A stretch of 64,000 nucleotides of DNA from Fimicolochytrium jonesii (lineage: Eukaryota), in the NCBI RefSeq assembly GCF_025526975.1, contig NW_026515674.1, positions 310,001 through 374,000 on the forward strand, given 5' to 3'. The position numbers and the translations under genes were made by a program. Positions 48,382 to 61,080 of the stretch are shown in pieces. The notes beneath the pieces are model-generated. The model was not told where the DNA came from. It was given only the letters and a program-made list of their open reading frames with translations, and made no database searches. The number at the start of each line of letters is the position of its first letter. The first letter of the stretch is position 1.

Positions 48382-51300
48382 TCATGACCCTCCGCGATAT
48401 GCAAGGACAACGGTCTCAATAGTCTACAATGGTGAAGTGATCAAAAGTGAGAAACGGGCTGCTATGCAAAGTACAGTCGAGGTTGACTTACGTTATGATC
48501 TAGAAGCTGGGGATTTGGGCATCGTCGGAACGCACAAGTCTGGATCTCCTCTATCAAGGTGTTGAACAGTCTGGAGATAGCCAAACCAATCAGAGATAAA
48601 ACACGGGGAACTGCGAAAATTGTCAGAACCTACCTCTCGTCGGAGATATAACCCCACATGTGAACTTTCAGCATCTCAATATCGAGCTGCATCTGTTGAA
48701 ACCCGCCCGTGTCAAGGGTGAGCAGCCGAACTTCTTCCACGAAGCACTATGTGACCAGCGGTATGTTGTGTGAGTATGATAGTTCGGCCATGGAAAGCCA
48801 GGTGCAGTGCCTCCACCTCACCTTCAGGAAGAGTTTCCCAACAGCGCTCAGAGCAGCTGCCCTAGTCAACTCGACAGGCCCGTAATACTCCACTTTCTCA
48901 GCAAACAGCTTCTCAATGTCCGCGCTCATCGGATCGAACTTGCCAGCCGCTCTTGCGTACACGCTTGACTGCCTGAACGAGCCCATTGATGGCGAATCCT
49001 TCATGTTGGTGTTTTGCGACGAGGAGTTATGGCGGGAATGGCCTGCCCGAATAACCCTGGGCCGAGCCGCGTCTATTCCCATGGGAATATTCGCGTAATT
49101 AGACTGTGCAGCAGGCTCCTCAGTTTCGGATCTCCCAACAGAACGTACCTATTCGACCTGCTGGCCGGTCCCGTGAGCCCTCGTCACCATAGAGTTGACC
49201 AACATCGTTTTCTTGGGCAGTCAGGTCGTCCAGGACCCGGAGGAGAGCTTCCGAAGCGTTTGTAGGCGAATTAGCTTTCTCCCAGTTGGTATACCGCAAG
49301 TGCTCTTGTATTGTCGTTGCCAGGTTGAGGGTGACCCGCTCGACATAGAGCGTGAGTAAAGTCTACACAATTGAAATGGTCATCGAGATGAGCAATTGCA
49401 CATCACTGAAGCGATTCCAGTGCGCGGCGAACCTGAGCAGTGCTTTTACATAGACCCGATATTTCGCGCGCACGCAGCATAGTTTCCCTCGACGTGCCGG
49501 AAACCGAGGGTTGGAAACCACGATTCCCCATACTCGGATTGGCAACTGTTCCACCCGTAGCCGTGACGACCACGAGATTATTTCGGCTCTGTTGTCTCTG
49601 CGCCAGTAAAGGGTCCACGGCAGCACCGTCCCCTTTCCGCGAGAAGAGGATGTCCGTGTACGCAGACATCACACCTTCTACTGTACCCATCGACAGCTCG
49701 AGAGCAGACCGAGACATCATCAGTGTCACCAACGGCGGAACAGTATCCTTTGTAGCCGCGTGGGAGAATTGGTTATAGGCCTGCAGGAAATACAGTGAGT
49801 AACGTACCAAAGATGCTTTCGATCATTCAGCATCCCGGCTTACCACCATGTCCTCTGCAAAAGACAACCAGAATACATCAAGCCCACGTTGTATCTGGTC
49901 CAAGATGTCGTCGGGTCCGAAGACGGAGTGTCTCATGAAATCGATATCTCGGCTCACAAATCGCTGCAGAGAGAACGGACTAAGCACATATGGAGGACGA
50001 AGCTCGCTCGAGGTAACAGCTCACCTCCAAAATTGGCAGATACTCATTGATCAGAGTGTTCTTCATCCACGAATTCAGCTCTCTGACGAAGCGATTGTGA
50101 TCGAGTCCCTCAGAACTCCTGATATCCTTGTACCGATCTAAATGGAGTCTTCAGGGACATGGCCATGTCACCGGAGTATTCACAGTGCTCCGGGTCCTAC
50201 CAAAGAACTCTTTCTTGATCTTTGTGAAGACGGCGGTGATGACATTGCTCAACAGTTCGAAGGACATCGCGTTCACGCGTTTGTCTATCCGTCCGAGCTT
50301 CTTCAGCGGTTCCATCGTTTGCATGTCTCGATGGACACGGTCCAGAACATGAATGTAGGCTAGCGGTGACACCTTTGTGATGTCCTCCTGTGAAGGAAGA
50401 CGGATGTCAGCAAAGGTACGAGGACCGGTTTACGACATGGATCACGTACGGGAATCTGCAATAACTCCTCGATCTCGCCGATGTATTGCTTGGTGAAGTT
50501 ATCAATGAATGCCACGAGGTCCGATCGAGCTTGTAGTTGTTGCTGTCAAAGCCAAGTTGTGAGTTGTGCGTCCAGTCGGAGCTTGAAGATTGTCCAGAGA
50601 TGAGATACAAACCTCAGCGCTCAACTTTCCGAAGGCATTCACTTTGCTGTCGGCGGATTTCATGCCCTCAGCACCGGCATCGTGTTCTTTCGGTTGCAGA
50701 AAGAATCCACTATAAGAATCGACAACATCGGCAAACTCTTTGATGAACGTATTATCCAAGTAGACGATCTTCTCTACCACCAGCCGGACGTCGGCTGGTA
50801 GCGGCTCGTCGGACAACTGGGACAGGGTGTCGCCTTCAGAGGCTTTCATGTCAGCCATATGCTTCGAGCAGGCGTCCTTTGACCTTTGTAGCTGCCCACT
50901 CCCACTAGAGGTCGGTGAGTAAAGGGTTCCGCTCTGACATTCGAAAGGCAGAATCTGCCTACATGCGTAGATGTTCTCGGACCAGATCGGCTGCGGGTTT
51001 GGCGTTGAGTCGCAGCAGGAGCCCAATGCTATCTGACATGTCCTGCAGCGATGCCTGGAAAATGTTTAGCCATTACTTCAAGGGATGTCAGGGATGTACG
51101 CTCTTACAGTGCTGTTATTCAACTTCAGCATGACCAGTTTGGACACATTTTCGATGATAGCTCTGCACTCTTCTTCGATCTTCGTAAAGACAGCCATGTG
51201 CCGATATCGCTCTAGTAAACCTGCGACCCGCGCATAGTATTTAACAGCCTGAGAATACTCTTTGTTGTCGACACATTCCCTCAGTCTTGTTGGTAGCTCG

Positions 51301-52246
51301 AAAACGAAATGGAGCTGTGTTGCCACGTGTGAGTATGTCATCTGGAGGCGGCCACTTGAACTTGCGGGCGGTACCTTTCTGAGTAAATTGTCCACACTGT
51401 TCAACTGATGCAGTTTGGCTCGGTCTGCGGAAAGCTCTCTGTTTATGGACTCCGAGGACGTTGTGATCAAGGACATGCTTTCGAACAGTTGGTCCATCTG
51501 TGATTCCATGTTCTCAATATTCGTTTTCATCTGATATGTGTAGATTAGCGGCGCTTCGATGACAAGATTGCAACAGGCGCTTGCTTACGCTTCGGATTGT
51601 ATCGGTGGCACTGATGAACTTGCTGTAGTTCTCGTACACAAGTGTTTTCATGTCACCGTCCAACTGTTTGATCTCTGATGAAGTGATTGCAAGAGGGACG
51701 TGTTTACTCCTTTGTGTATCCAGCCCTCTAGACAGCAGATTATAATCCGCACCTGTCCGCACCTGCAACTACTTCGTTATCACGCTGTATAAGATCGGGG
51801 AGAGCTTTCTCGTTCAACAACTTATTGAGATAGAGATCTTTGTTGAAAGCGGTGCTATCTACACATAGCGGAAGCAAAGGGCAGATTGCAAAGTGACATA
51901 AATAGCCGTAGTGTCGCCTGGCCTAACCGGCCCTCCCAACATCCCAGAGCGAACACAACGCTACTCAGGTTCTGGGATGTTCCCATCCGACGGCGGCGTC
52001 GATACCTCGGCTAAACAGGGGAAACATACCAAGGTCCAGGGGATCCGGGGGTTTCTCTTTGGGAGTCAATCTAGTTGGTGTCTGGGTGGTCGGTGCAGTC
52101 CCAGCCTCTTCCTGTACGCCATAGTACTGCTTCAACATATCTCTCCGTTTCAGTTTCCGAGCAGCCGCCCGGTCCCCCGCCCCGCCGCCAGCCGCAGCGC
52201 CAGGAGATTGGCGCCCTGCCTCAGCTGTCGGAGTGGTGACTGGCAT
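48382..52246 (-). CDS. VPS51: GARP/EARP complex subunit Vps51/Ang2
   Basis: Many exons. [81 protein letters not shown]; last exon [13 protein letters not shown]. Confidence 0.93.
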
Positions 52247-52570
52247 GACCTCCTGATATTCCTCGTCCAGATATGGTTTTGCTTCCCCTTTTCGCTTCTG
52301 TCAGTGCGTGCACCTGTGTATTGCTGTGACTGGTGAGCTTCTGAAGATGCACCGGGTAACGCATGTTGAGAGGTCCACCGACCTCGATAGAGCTGACCGC
52401 CTTACACAATGCAGCTAACACTGGCAGACGTTGATGATGTTCCCTCTTGGTTCTCACTCTAAATATTCTCACGCTCATGTACTGTACAGTACAACCGGCC
52501 TTGGAAGTGCAAGAAAGCCCAAAATCAGAACGGGTCTCGTTCCCCACGCGCTGCTGAGACGCGCTGCGGA

Positions 52571-53604
52571 TATAAATAGCCCAACCCCTCTCAGAACCCC
52601 TCTCCATCCTCCTCTTTTCGAAATCAACTTGCCACTGCAATCTTCATCTGGTGCGTATTCCGCCCTCTCATATTCTTCGTCGCTGTTTCCTGGGTTTGCT
52701 TTCTTACTTTGCGCTAACGTTTCCTACTTCCTCTATATCTTCTGACACTAGAGCGGCGCTGTAGACGCGATGCCGACGAATCTCTCGTCACTTCGCTAGG
52801 CGTTACAGGATCATTGGAGGCGGCCAACGTCGGGTTCCACGAAACGTCGGTTTACCCGCCCCCATTCGTCTTGCATGGCTGCAGGTCGCTCCTCGCTAGG
52901 AAATGGTCCGTGTTGCCTTACACACATCTTCGGATGTGGGGCCGGCCATTCGCCATCGGGAGTTAAGCACGACGCACTGGCCATTTTAGGTCCGACACTG
53001 AGCAGTGCTTCTGCTGAGACTTGTGGCCGTTTGGGAATGCCGGTGACGGGATGTCCTCCCTTGATCCTTTGTGGACAACTCGTCCTGATATCGTAAGTTC
53101 TTTCCACCAAAATATCCCCTTATGGCGCGCCATTGATCTTAGGCTCCTCATTCCAAAGGTTCCTTCCTTCGTCGAACCTCCCAGAATTCTGGATGTCGAA
53201 CGGAGTACACGCCAGGCTTCAATGGTATGTTTCTCTCTGACTTTGGTGCACCTGTTCGCTTGGCACTGATACTGGGCTCTGATCGTTTCAGGTTCCACCC
53301 GCTCGTCGGACTTCCAGGAGTTTTCCGAGGTTTATTATAGGGAGTACACGCTAGCCTCAAGGTGTTTTTTTATGAGAAAGCTGTGTGCACTGATCGACTT
53401 CTTGCTAACATTGGCCTCTCATCATTTCAAGTTCCACCCGTTCGTCGGACATCCAAGGGGTTTTTTGAAATATCCTTGAGTGTTGGACAGGTTCTATCCT
53501 GGTATGTGTCTTCGTGTGCATTCGCTCTGCAGGGATTATCACTGACACTCTGTTCGATTTCCTCGATTTGTTTCGTTCGTCATTCCCTTTCTCACATTTG
53601 TTAG
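52571..53604 (+). other. Putative spliced ORF-poor locus (pseudogene, lncRNA or 56-aa micropeptide) with triplicated exon
   Basis: TATAAATA at 52571; intron-like segments 52651-52751, 53093-53158, 53225-53291, 53362-53431 and from 53502; three related exons beginning GTTCC...CGTCG. Confidence 0.4.
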
Positions 53605-54096
53605 CCCTTGCCGTTGCTTGTAAATGTAATTGCTGTGAATAAAATGAAAGTCTTACTATCCTCCGTGCACAATAATATGATAATTGATATGATATCATTC
53701 TATTCTGGTAGTATTTTTGCTCTGTTCCCTTCGACTGTTTCTCTGTACCGAGTCTTCCCATCGATTCTCAAATGCAATTGGGGTCGCTCTTGAGGTTTTC
53801 ACCAAGCCATGGCCTTCATATAAATGGTTCTGAGTTGAGAAGTGTCATCCATGACGCCGCTTTCGCAGGCGAAGCGGGGTTGACAAGGAGGTTTTAGCGA
53901 GCAAAGCGAGCGCATCGACACGGACCAATTCTTCATATTCATCAGTGTTGTCAAGTTGATTCGGGGGGCCTTACAGCGGGGCGATGCGAGCGACGTCTAT
54001 TCCCCTTTTTCAAAGTCCGGAGAAGTCCGGTCTTTAAAATCTAGTTACATGAATGACGATGTTCCTCAACGGCGCGGAGTGTGAACAGCTCTGAGT

Positions 54097-54148
54097 TCAC
54101 CTTTCACCAAAATCACGTGAAATCACCTTTTACCAAAATCACGTAAAA
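54097..54148 (+). repeat. 26-bp tandem direct repeat
   Basis: TCACCTTTCACCAAAATCACGTGAAA / TCACCTTTTACCAAAATCACGTAAAA (2 mismatches); first copy carries CACGTG. Confidence 0.8.
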
Positions 54149-54764
54149 TCCACAATAGGCTAACATTCGACCCGTAATACATCGTCTCAGACGTGCGAGG
54201 TGCGGTAAGCACCGAATGAATAGCTTAATAGCTAATTCCTCGAATTCGTGTGTGGTCCTGGGAATGTGCTCCTGGCAGGACAGAGGGTAAGATATCGCCC
54301 GCTACTAGCAAACCTGACTGTTCAGTCGCCGACAAATTATGTTTCCGAAGACCTATCCCAGGTATAACATTCCAGGGTTGACCGCACTGTACCGTCGGGG
54401 AACTGGCTTCGTTCTCGCCGTCACCTACGTATAGTACTATACAAACAAGAAGACGGTTCAGGTGGACGGGAACTCCGAGGCAGGCTCAAGAAGCTGTAGA
54501 CGTGATGGTATATTGTGTGTCGTGAATACACATGAATCTATCCTTGATGGCTAGAGTTTCGGGGTGAGTGTGCAGTTGAACCTCGGGGTATCCGGTATCA
54601 GCCTCGCCTACCTACGTATGTCACCCCCCATGTTCCCGTTTGCAAACGAAAACCTGCCATCATTGGTGGCGTTGCCGTTGGTTTCCTCACCCGAATCAAC
54701 AACCAGCGCACGCGGGCGATGTTCCGTGTGCTGATTAATGAGTGAATGCTCCCCTCTGCACCCG

Positions 54765-55595
54765 TCAGCTTTTGCCTAATGGGCCCCATCCAAGATTCGA
54801 GGGTAGAGCCGCGTCTGAGTTCACCGAGTAAGCTCTGATGCAATCTGACGTCTCCATCGGCATGTCACTCCCACTTTCGTCCATGTCCACCACCACATTC
54901 TCCTCCATTCCCTCTTCCCTGCGTCTTCGTATGCCCAACCTGTCCAACTCCACCCCCGCACTCCTTACAACTTGCAACAGCAGCTCGACCCTGTTCGCAG
55001 CTAGCTCAAGATCCTTTTCTTCACCCGCCAGAGATACATTGTACGGCACGCCGCCATGCGGCACTACATTCGCTTTCAATGTCGTCGTCGTATCAGCCGT
55101 GCTCGAGGTGGCGGCGGCCGCAGCAAGAACACCGTTTTGAGCCAGAATGCGTATGATCGTGCGCAGCGCGTGCTGAATTTTGTTGACAGTGGAGACGTAG
55201 TCAAAGTGCTTCTGAGCAAATGGGACTGGTGCTGATCGTTCCGGCGACGTTGGTGTAGACGGTGAGTCAGGGGACGGTGGTGCAGAGGGTATTGCCGATC
55301 CTGGTGGCGATGGCGGCGATGAGTCGTCCGCCGTGGAAGGACCGGAGGCCAAGCGCGCAATAGTTTGTGCAGCCGTTCGGAGCAGGGTGACGATTTCCTA
55401 GAGGAAGTGAGAACCTTTACAAACTACTCGGAGGCCTTCAGTTTTCTAAACACGTTCACTTACCTTGTCGATGTTGATCAGCACCTGCATCAACTGCTCA
55501 TTTTCCCGTCTAGCCTCTGCAGCCTTACTTAGCGCGGCCGCAAGCGCTTCCGGCTGTTGCGGCTTCGGCTGTTCGTCGTCCGCGGGCCTTGCCAT
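54765..55595 (-). CDS. MED11: Mediator subunit Med11-like
   Basis: Exons 55595-55464 and 55397-54765. LINIDK|EIVTLLRTAAQTIARL...FAQKHFDYVSTVNKIQHALRTIIRIL fits the Med11 two-helix pattern. Confidence 0.7.
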
Positions 55596-56015
55596 CTTCT
55601 CACGAGCAATGGAGCGGCAAGCGTTGGAAGAGGGACCCTTACTACGGAGGTCTTAGTGTTGGTGTCGGAGCAGAAGTGAGGAGTACAAGAGTCGGTGTGT
55701 AATCCGTTGGTGCGAGTCACGTCGGACGGAGTGGGAGTTCGCTTTCCTGGATACGTTTGAGCCCAGCTTTGAGTCGGCGAGGGTGGAAATTTGGAGTGGA
55801 TCACGGGAGGTGGCTCTCGAGGAGCAATTAGTTTGAGAGGGTGTTCAATGTTCAAACTGTCAACGAAAGTTTTGGCTGTATGTACATAAGTTGTGAAGGC
55901 GGGAGAGGCACCGCGCCGAGTACAGTACTTGCAATCGCGGCCTGCTACTGTACTTCGACCACAGTACGGCCCAGAGTTCGGCCTCTTGAGTTACAGGAGC
56001 CCTGGCAGCGGTGCC

Positions 56016-58829
56016 ATGAGTCCTGACGACATCCCTAGAATCCCTGCCCATACGACGGCTGCGCCATTGTATCGCTCACTGTCCGCAACAACGAACGGGC
56101 CGGCGATTCCCAACGCGTCCGCATACGGCATAGATCTAGACGCATTCCTCGCTCCCGACTTCAACGCAAAGGCATGGATAAACGCAGCACTGGCAACTCC
56201 CTATGGAGCTCTGAGATCGCAGCAACGGAAAACGGATTCCCCATTAGCTACGAAAGATGCGAACAGCGGTGAGGTGGAAGATGTCAAATTGGATTCCTCA
56301 ACGACACTGGAAGCTGGACCGGATTTACGCTCACGGAGACCAAGCGAGATAGTGAGGGCCGATTCGGCTTCAAATGCGTCGGTGGATGTCGTCGCTTCCA
56401 ATCTTGTCCTGAAGCTACAGTTGTTGAGCTTGGACGTCTCCATGAAGTTCGAGCAGCTCAGCGAAGAGGCGGTCCGCAATATGCCTCGGGCAATGTACGA
56501 TTTAGAGCTGATAAGAAAAGACGCAGACAAAGTGAAGGAAGCGATCAGGAATGGGCGAACGGTCTTTGAGAGCGCTGAGAAGGGCGGGGGTGGGGCGTTC
56601 AAGGATCTGATGAAATTGGATCGGGTGCGAAATAGAATGACAGCGACGCGACATTCGTTGAAGGAGGCGGAAAACTGGAGTACACTCTCAGGAGAGATGA
56701 ATGCCATCTTCTCTGCCGGTGACTTTGAGAAAGCATCGGTCAGACTAGATGAAGCTCGCAAGTCCTTGGTCCTGTTATCAGCTAGCCCCGATTACGCCGA
56801 GCGGGAGGCTCTCCTGGATGAGCTGCAGGCCACACTGCAGACGGCAACGAACGCGAGAGTGCTCGCTGTCTTCAATGATCATGACGCCGAAGGTGCACGC
56901 AAGTTGTATCGCATCTACTCCCGAATTGACAGGCTGGACTATTTCATGCAGCAGTACGAGAAAGTGTGCGCCGCACCGTTATTACGTTTCTGGCAGCAAT
57001 ACGATGAAGCATCCATCCTTCGGGCTGCCAAAGCCGGCTACGATGATGAATTTGCGCAATGGCTTACCAACTTCTACGATGAGGCCTATCGCCTGGTCCA
57101 GAAGGAATTCGCTTGGATTCCGTACATCTTTCCTTCTGCCATTGACGCGGTGCAGGGACTGATTTCTGGCATCTTCCGTTCGCTCGAACCGTCATTGGAG
57201 AACAGGCTGAAGACCTTTGTGGAAAACATGGGAGATGCAAGTCTCCCCGGCATTGTGAAAGCCTACCAGTCGGCGGTCCAATTCGGGATTCGGGTAGAAC
57301 GACTGATATTCCTTGCCGATCCTGGCGATCTTCGGAATGCTCCGGTGTTGGATGATGATGGCCAATTGCGAGACTCCGTCACATCCCTTCACAATGATTC
57401 GGACCTACCGGCGCAACCGGGCACCACAAATCAGGAGAGATGGGGCACGACTGTGTTCGAACCGTTCCTCGCTTACCAACAACGATATGGTCAGCTAGAA
57501 AGAAATCACCTCCTAGCCTCGACGGCCACCATTTTGAGATTTGGAAAAGGCAACTCGCTTGAGGCTACCAGGCTGATGAACGAGTCAGTACCGAAGGCAA
57601 TAACCTTAGCGGAGAGTGCCTGGGCTCGCTGCAGGCAATTCACATCCGGCTTCGGACACGCTGACCTGGTTGAGGCTTTGGATGAGCACTTTGTGGCGAT
57701 TATGCGCCGGTACGGCACCTTGCTGCATCAGTTGAGAGGCGACGTCGGGCTGACAGGTCAAAGCACAATCTCGTCGGAAGACGAAGAGCCGGGAGAGTTT
57801 CGAAGCGGAGATTTCGGCAACCAGGAGTGGGGTCGTTTCCAGATCGGCCTGAAGGTTTTGGGACTGTGTAGCCTCTTTCAAAAAAAACTTCTCACGTTTG
57901 AAAGGACGTTACGACGGGGCATAAAGACATTTGCGACCACCCATCATAAGGCGTCTTGGGCAAACCCTGCGGAGTTCTGGGGAGATGAGAAAGAGCACTC
58001 TAATGAATGCTTCGCCAGCATCGACATCCTCCGATTATCGACACTGAACAGTTACAAGTTGGAAACCCTTGGGCATGATCAACCGGCGTCCAACGTCGAC
58101 GTTGGCGACGCTGTCCCTCCATCGCCTCTCTTCCACCGCGCAATACAAGTCCTCAAAACGTTCACAATCGACGCACAGCAGTTCGTATTCGACACCTTAT
58201 TCACGATCATAGAGCAGCAACTGCGCAGCGTCTCCACCATGGAAATCTGGACGGCGGACGCTCCCAAAACGGCGGGTCCCTTCAACCTCGGCGTGCCCCA
58301 GTTCAGCTTATCCCCACTCTCGTACATCACTCGCGTCGGCGAACATCTCCTCACACTACCGCAACAGCTCGAACTCTACGTCGACGATGACGCGCTCAAA
58401 TTCTCGGTGCGGACGCTTCCGCATATCACCGCGCAGGACTTTGAGGTGCCCGAAGCAGGGAATAAAGGCGACAACCCAGAAGACGACGTGACGTACCTTT
58501 GGATTCTGTCCATCGCCCGTGGCACGATGCTGCGATACGCCGATGTCGTTATGCGCATGCAGGCCCTGTCGCAAGACGGTGCAAAGCAGCTCTGCACAGA
58601 TATGGGATACCTGATGAATGTCTTTGACGCGTTGGACATTGAGCCCATAACCCGTTTCGGCAACCTGCACGCTATGATGTGCATGACTGGAGAGGACTTG
58701 AAACGACGATATGCGGCGGCGAAACAGGGCCGGCCAGAAGATGAGGCCGACGAAAAGCTGTTTGCTGATGAGACCTTTGCCAAGCATCTCGCGGCGATAA
58801 GAGGGTTGGATGTAGGCAGATATCCCTAA
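56016..58829 (+). CDS. COG7: Conserved oligomeric Golgi complex subunit 7
   Basis: Intronless. DLDAFLAPDFNAKAWINAAL, LVLKLQL, MPRAMYDL, SLKEAENWSTL, PQFSLSPLSYITRVGEHLLTLPQQLE, QLCTDMGYLMNVFDAL. Confidence 0.93.
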   Translation: MSPDDIPRIPAHTTAAPLYRSLSATTNGPAIPNASAYGIDLDAFLAPDFNAKAWINAALATPYGALRSQQRKTDSPLATKDANSGEVEDVKLDSSTTLEAGPDLRSRRPSEIVRADSASNASVDVVASNLVLKLQLLSLDVSMKFEQLSEEAVRNMPRAMYDLELIRKDADKVKEAIRNGRTVFESAEKGGGGAFKDLMKLDRVRNRMTATRHSLKEAENWSTLSGEMNAIFSAGDFEKASVRLDEARKSLVLLSASPDYAEREALLDELQATLQTATNARVLAVFNDHDAEGARKLYRIYSRIDRLDYFMQQYEKVCAAPLLRFWQQYDEASILRAAKAGYDDEFAQWLTNFYDEAYRLVQKEFAWIPYIFPSAIDAVQGLISGIFRSLEPSLENRLKTFVENMGDASLPGIVKAYQSAVQFGIRVERLIFLADPGDLRNAPVLDDDGQLRDSVTSLHNDSDLPAQPGTTNQERWGTTVFEPFLAYQQRYGQLERNHLLASTATILRFGKGNSLEATRLMNESVPKAITLAESAWARCRQFTSGFGHADLVEALDEHFVAIMRRYGTLLHQLRGDVGLTGQSTISSEDEEPGEFRSGDFGNQEWGRFQIGLKVLGLCSLFQKKLLTFERTLRRGIKTFATTHHKASWANPAEFWGDEKEHSNECFASIDILRLSTLNSYKLETLGHDQPASNVDVGDAVPPSPLFHRAIQVLKTFTIDAQQFVFDTLFTIIEQQLRSVSTMEIWTADAPKTAGPFNLGVPQFSLSPLSYITRVGEHLLTLPQQLELYVDDDALKFSVRTLPHITAQDFEVPEAGNKGDNPEDDVTYLWILSIARGTMLRYADVVMRMQALSQDGAKQLCTDMGYLMNVFDALDIEPITRFGNLHAMMCMTGEDLKRRYAAAKQGRPEDEADEKLFADETFAKHLAAIRGLDVGRYP

Positions 58830-59107
58830 TGGCGATGATCAAGTAGAGATACTCCCATAAGTTGCCGAAGATTCGTGTAAACAATAGAATTCTGGTTCGA
58901 CTGGCCTTATCATATGGGAACTGCAGCGCGAAGATTGTGTGGAAGTCTCGGGCAATTTTCACGGCGACTTGGCGTTTCCCTCTTCTCACTGCAAAGTCTT
59001 AGCCGCGGACAACGAGGCGCCATGCATTCTTTCTCCGCTCATGATTCTATCTATTCTATACTACGGTTTCTCAAAAGAGCTCCATGCTAACCAGTTTGTC
59101 TGGTTCT

Positions 59108-60664
59108 TTAGTCGGTTCCGGAATCACGACCAACCTTCCTTCGTCCATACCCAGCATTATATCGGTCAACATCCATCGTCAAGTCTGATACTGATACGAT
59201 CGGCGCATTTGAGCTCGTGTCATCAGACTCGGCAGAGGATTCTGCTTGCCCAGATACTCCCGCAGCTGTGAATTCGGCGCCAGGCAGATCGTCGACCGTG
59301 TTTTCGTACACAATGGAATTCCGTAGAGTCCCAATGCCTTGTATGCTGACCTTAATCTGTTGAAATGTCAATGGGCGAGTAATAGCTTGACCGTAATAGC
59401 TTGAATGGTCGTTTACTGTGCCATACCTCATTACCGTGTTTCAAGACGAGCTTGGGCGTCCTACTTGTGCCAACCCCCTCAGGCGTCCCGGTCAATATGA
59501 CAGTGCCAGGGTGGAGAGTAGTACCCTGCGACAAGAAACTGATCAAATGAGGGACATTGTGTATCATGTCCCGCGTGTTCGATGACTGCATGAGCTCATC
59601 ATTAAGAGTGAGCCTGATGTTCAAGTTGTTTGGGTAGGGGATAACTCGAGGAGAAACGAGAACTGGACCTAGTGGGCAAAAGGTGTCGAACTGTGGAAAA
59701 GGCGCCATGAGCTGCTGGTCCCTAAAATTGATCTTGACAAGATTCGACGTAGCACGTACGCTCTTCGAATAGCACCATTGGCCCAGGTCCCGCTGCCACT
59801 TCCGCGCTGTTACATCGTTCGCACATGTGTATCCTGCGACATGCTCGAGTGCATTCTCCACTGACGCGTTTTTGCACCGTTTTCCAATCACAATTGCCAA
59901 CTCTGCTTCGTAGTCACACTCCGCTTCGGCGGCAGCTTGGGGAATGAGAATAGGACCGTCGGGGTGTTGCATCGCAGTGCCGGGCTTTGTGAAAAGGATC
60001 GGCTGAGCTGGAGGATGGGCTTTTAGCTCGGCGGCATGCTTGGCGTAATTCAAGCCAATCCCTTTCAGAAGGTTAAGCAAGTTTCACAGTAAGTAATGGG
60101 TTTTGACTTGGGATTTACCGCCGAAGCACGCTCTCACCTAGGATTATGGGAGGTGAGCGCACGGGACTAAGTAGCTAATGGCGTAGCGGTTCAGCACTCC
60201 CTAATAAGCAAACCGAGAACGGATAAATGCACACCCACGAGCCTACCTTGATCACGGTCGCCTTTGTTGTTGTCAGTTCGTAGTTGTCACGATCAAACGG
60301 ATCCCCGTTGATCAGGAATGCCGTGTAATGCCTTCCGCTGTCATCTCTTCCCGCCTTGCCCGTGTCCGGATCCAAGGCTAGATCGCCGAACACGTCCTGA
60401 TTATCGGGAGAATCAAATCGGACTAGTCGCCTCCAAGTCTTCCTGGCTGTCCTCGCAGTTGGCTAGTTGACGCTAGTATAAGTCCAAGCTAACCTCAAGC
60501 GGCGAAAACAAGGACCAGGCTGTTATAGAAGGCGCAAACTTGAGGGACGCACATACCTTGGTGCTGCTAAAATACCTTACAACTACGATGGATGGAGACG
60601 ATGGCAGGCCGGTGGCCCACCTCTGACGCGTAATGGCTCCCACACAGGTCAACGTTTGACGCAT
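59108..60664 (-). CDS. Fumarylacetoacetate hydrolase-family protein (FAHD2-like), probable mitochondrial presequence
   Basis: Spliced MRQTLTC...RYFSSTK|PTARTARKTWRRLVRF (Arg-rich, acid-free N-terminus); GIGLNYAKHAAE, PILFTKP, DYEAELAIVIGK, GYTCANDVTARKWQ, KS|FDTFCPLGP, ILTGTPEGVG, IQGIGTLRN. Confidence 0.93.
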
Positions 60665-60958
60665 CACGGAGCTGTATTGTAGCGACTCCTTCCGTGTATT
60701 ATCTCGAAGACGATGCTGACTTCCCCGTACGAAATGGAGAGCTCATTCCGCACCGGTCGCGGAGTCGGAAGTGACGTTGAGGCGGAAAGCGCAGCACACT
60801 TTGTGAATTCAAAAGTGCGTCCTGACGCGATGAGTGGCTTTCCTGACGCGTCCCTCAACTTTCCCCAGGGTTCGTCGATTCGATAATTGCAAGGATTTCC
60901 CCTTGCCTGTCTGCTTGAATACAACAGGCAAAGTGGTCCCTGGGTCCGCCCCCATGTC

Positions 60959-60966
60959 TATAAAAG
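60959..60966 (+). promoter_or_regulatory. TATA box
   Basis: TATAAAAG about 120 bp upstream of ATG 61081, inside the divergent FAH/TBL intergenic region. Confidence 0.5.
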
Positions 60967-61080
60967 GTTCGGAGTGAAGGTTTGAGCAGCTCTGGTCTCG
61001 CAAATTCCGTGTGCTAAATAGGTTGGGAAACCGCAGTCAGGTTGCCTGCAAGTGTGCTCGAAAACCTGACAGAAAGAAAC

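Noticed and set aside
53150..53500. Spaced repeats superficially like a CRISPR array
   Set aside because: Eukaryotic context, only three degenerate copies coinciding with splice sites, and no cas genes.
48382..58829. Clustering of two CATCHR tethering subunits (VPS51, COG7)
   Set aside because: They belong to different complexes and are separated by MED11 and a non-coding block; no evidence beyond proximity.
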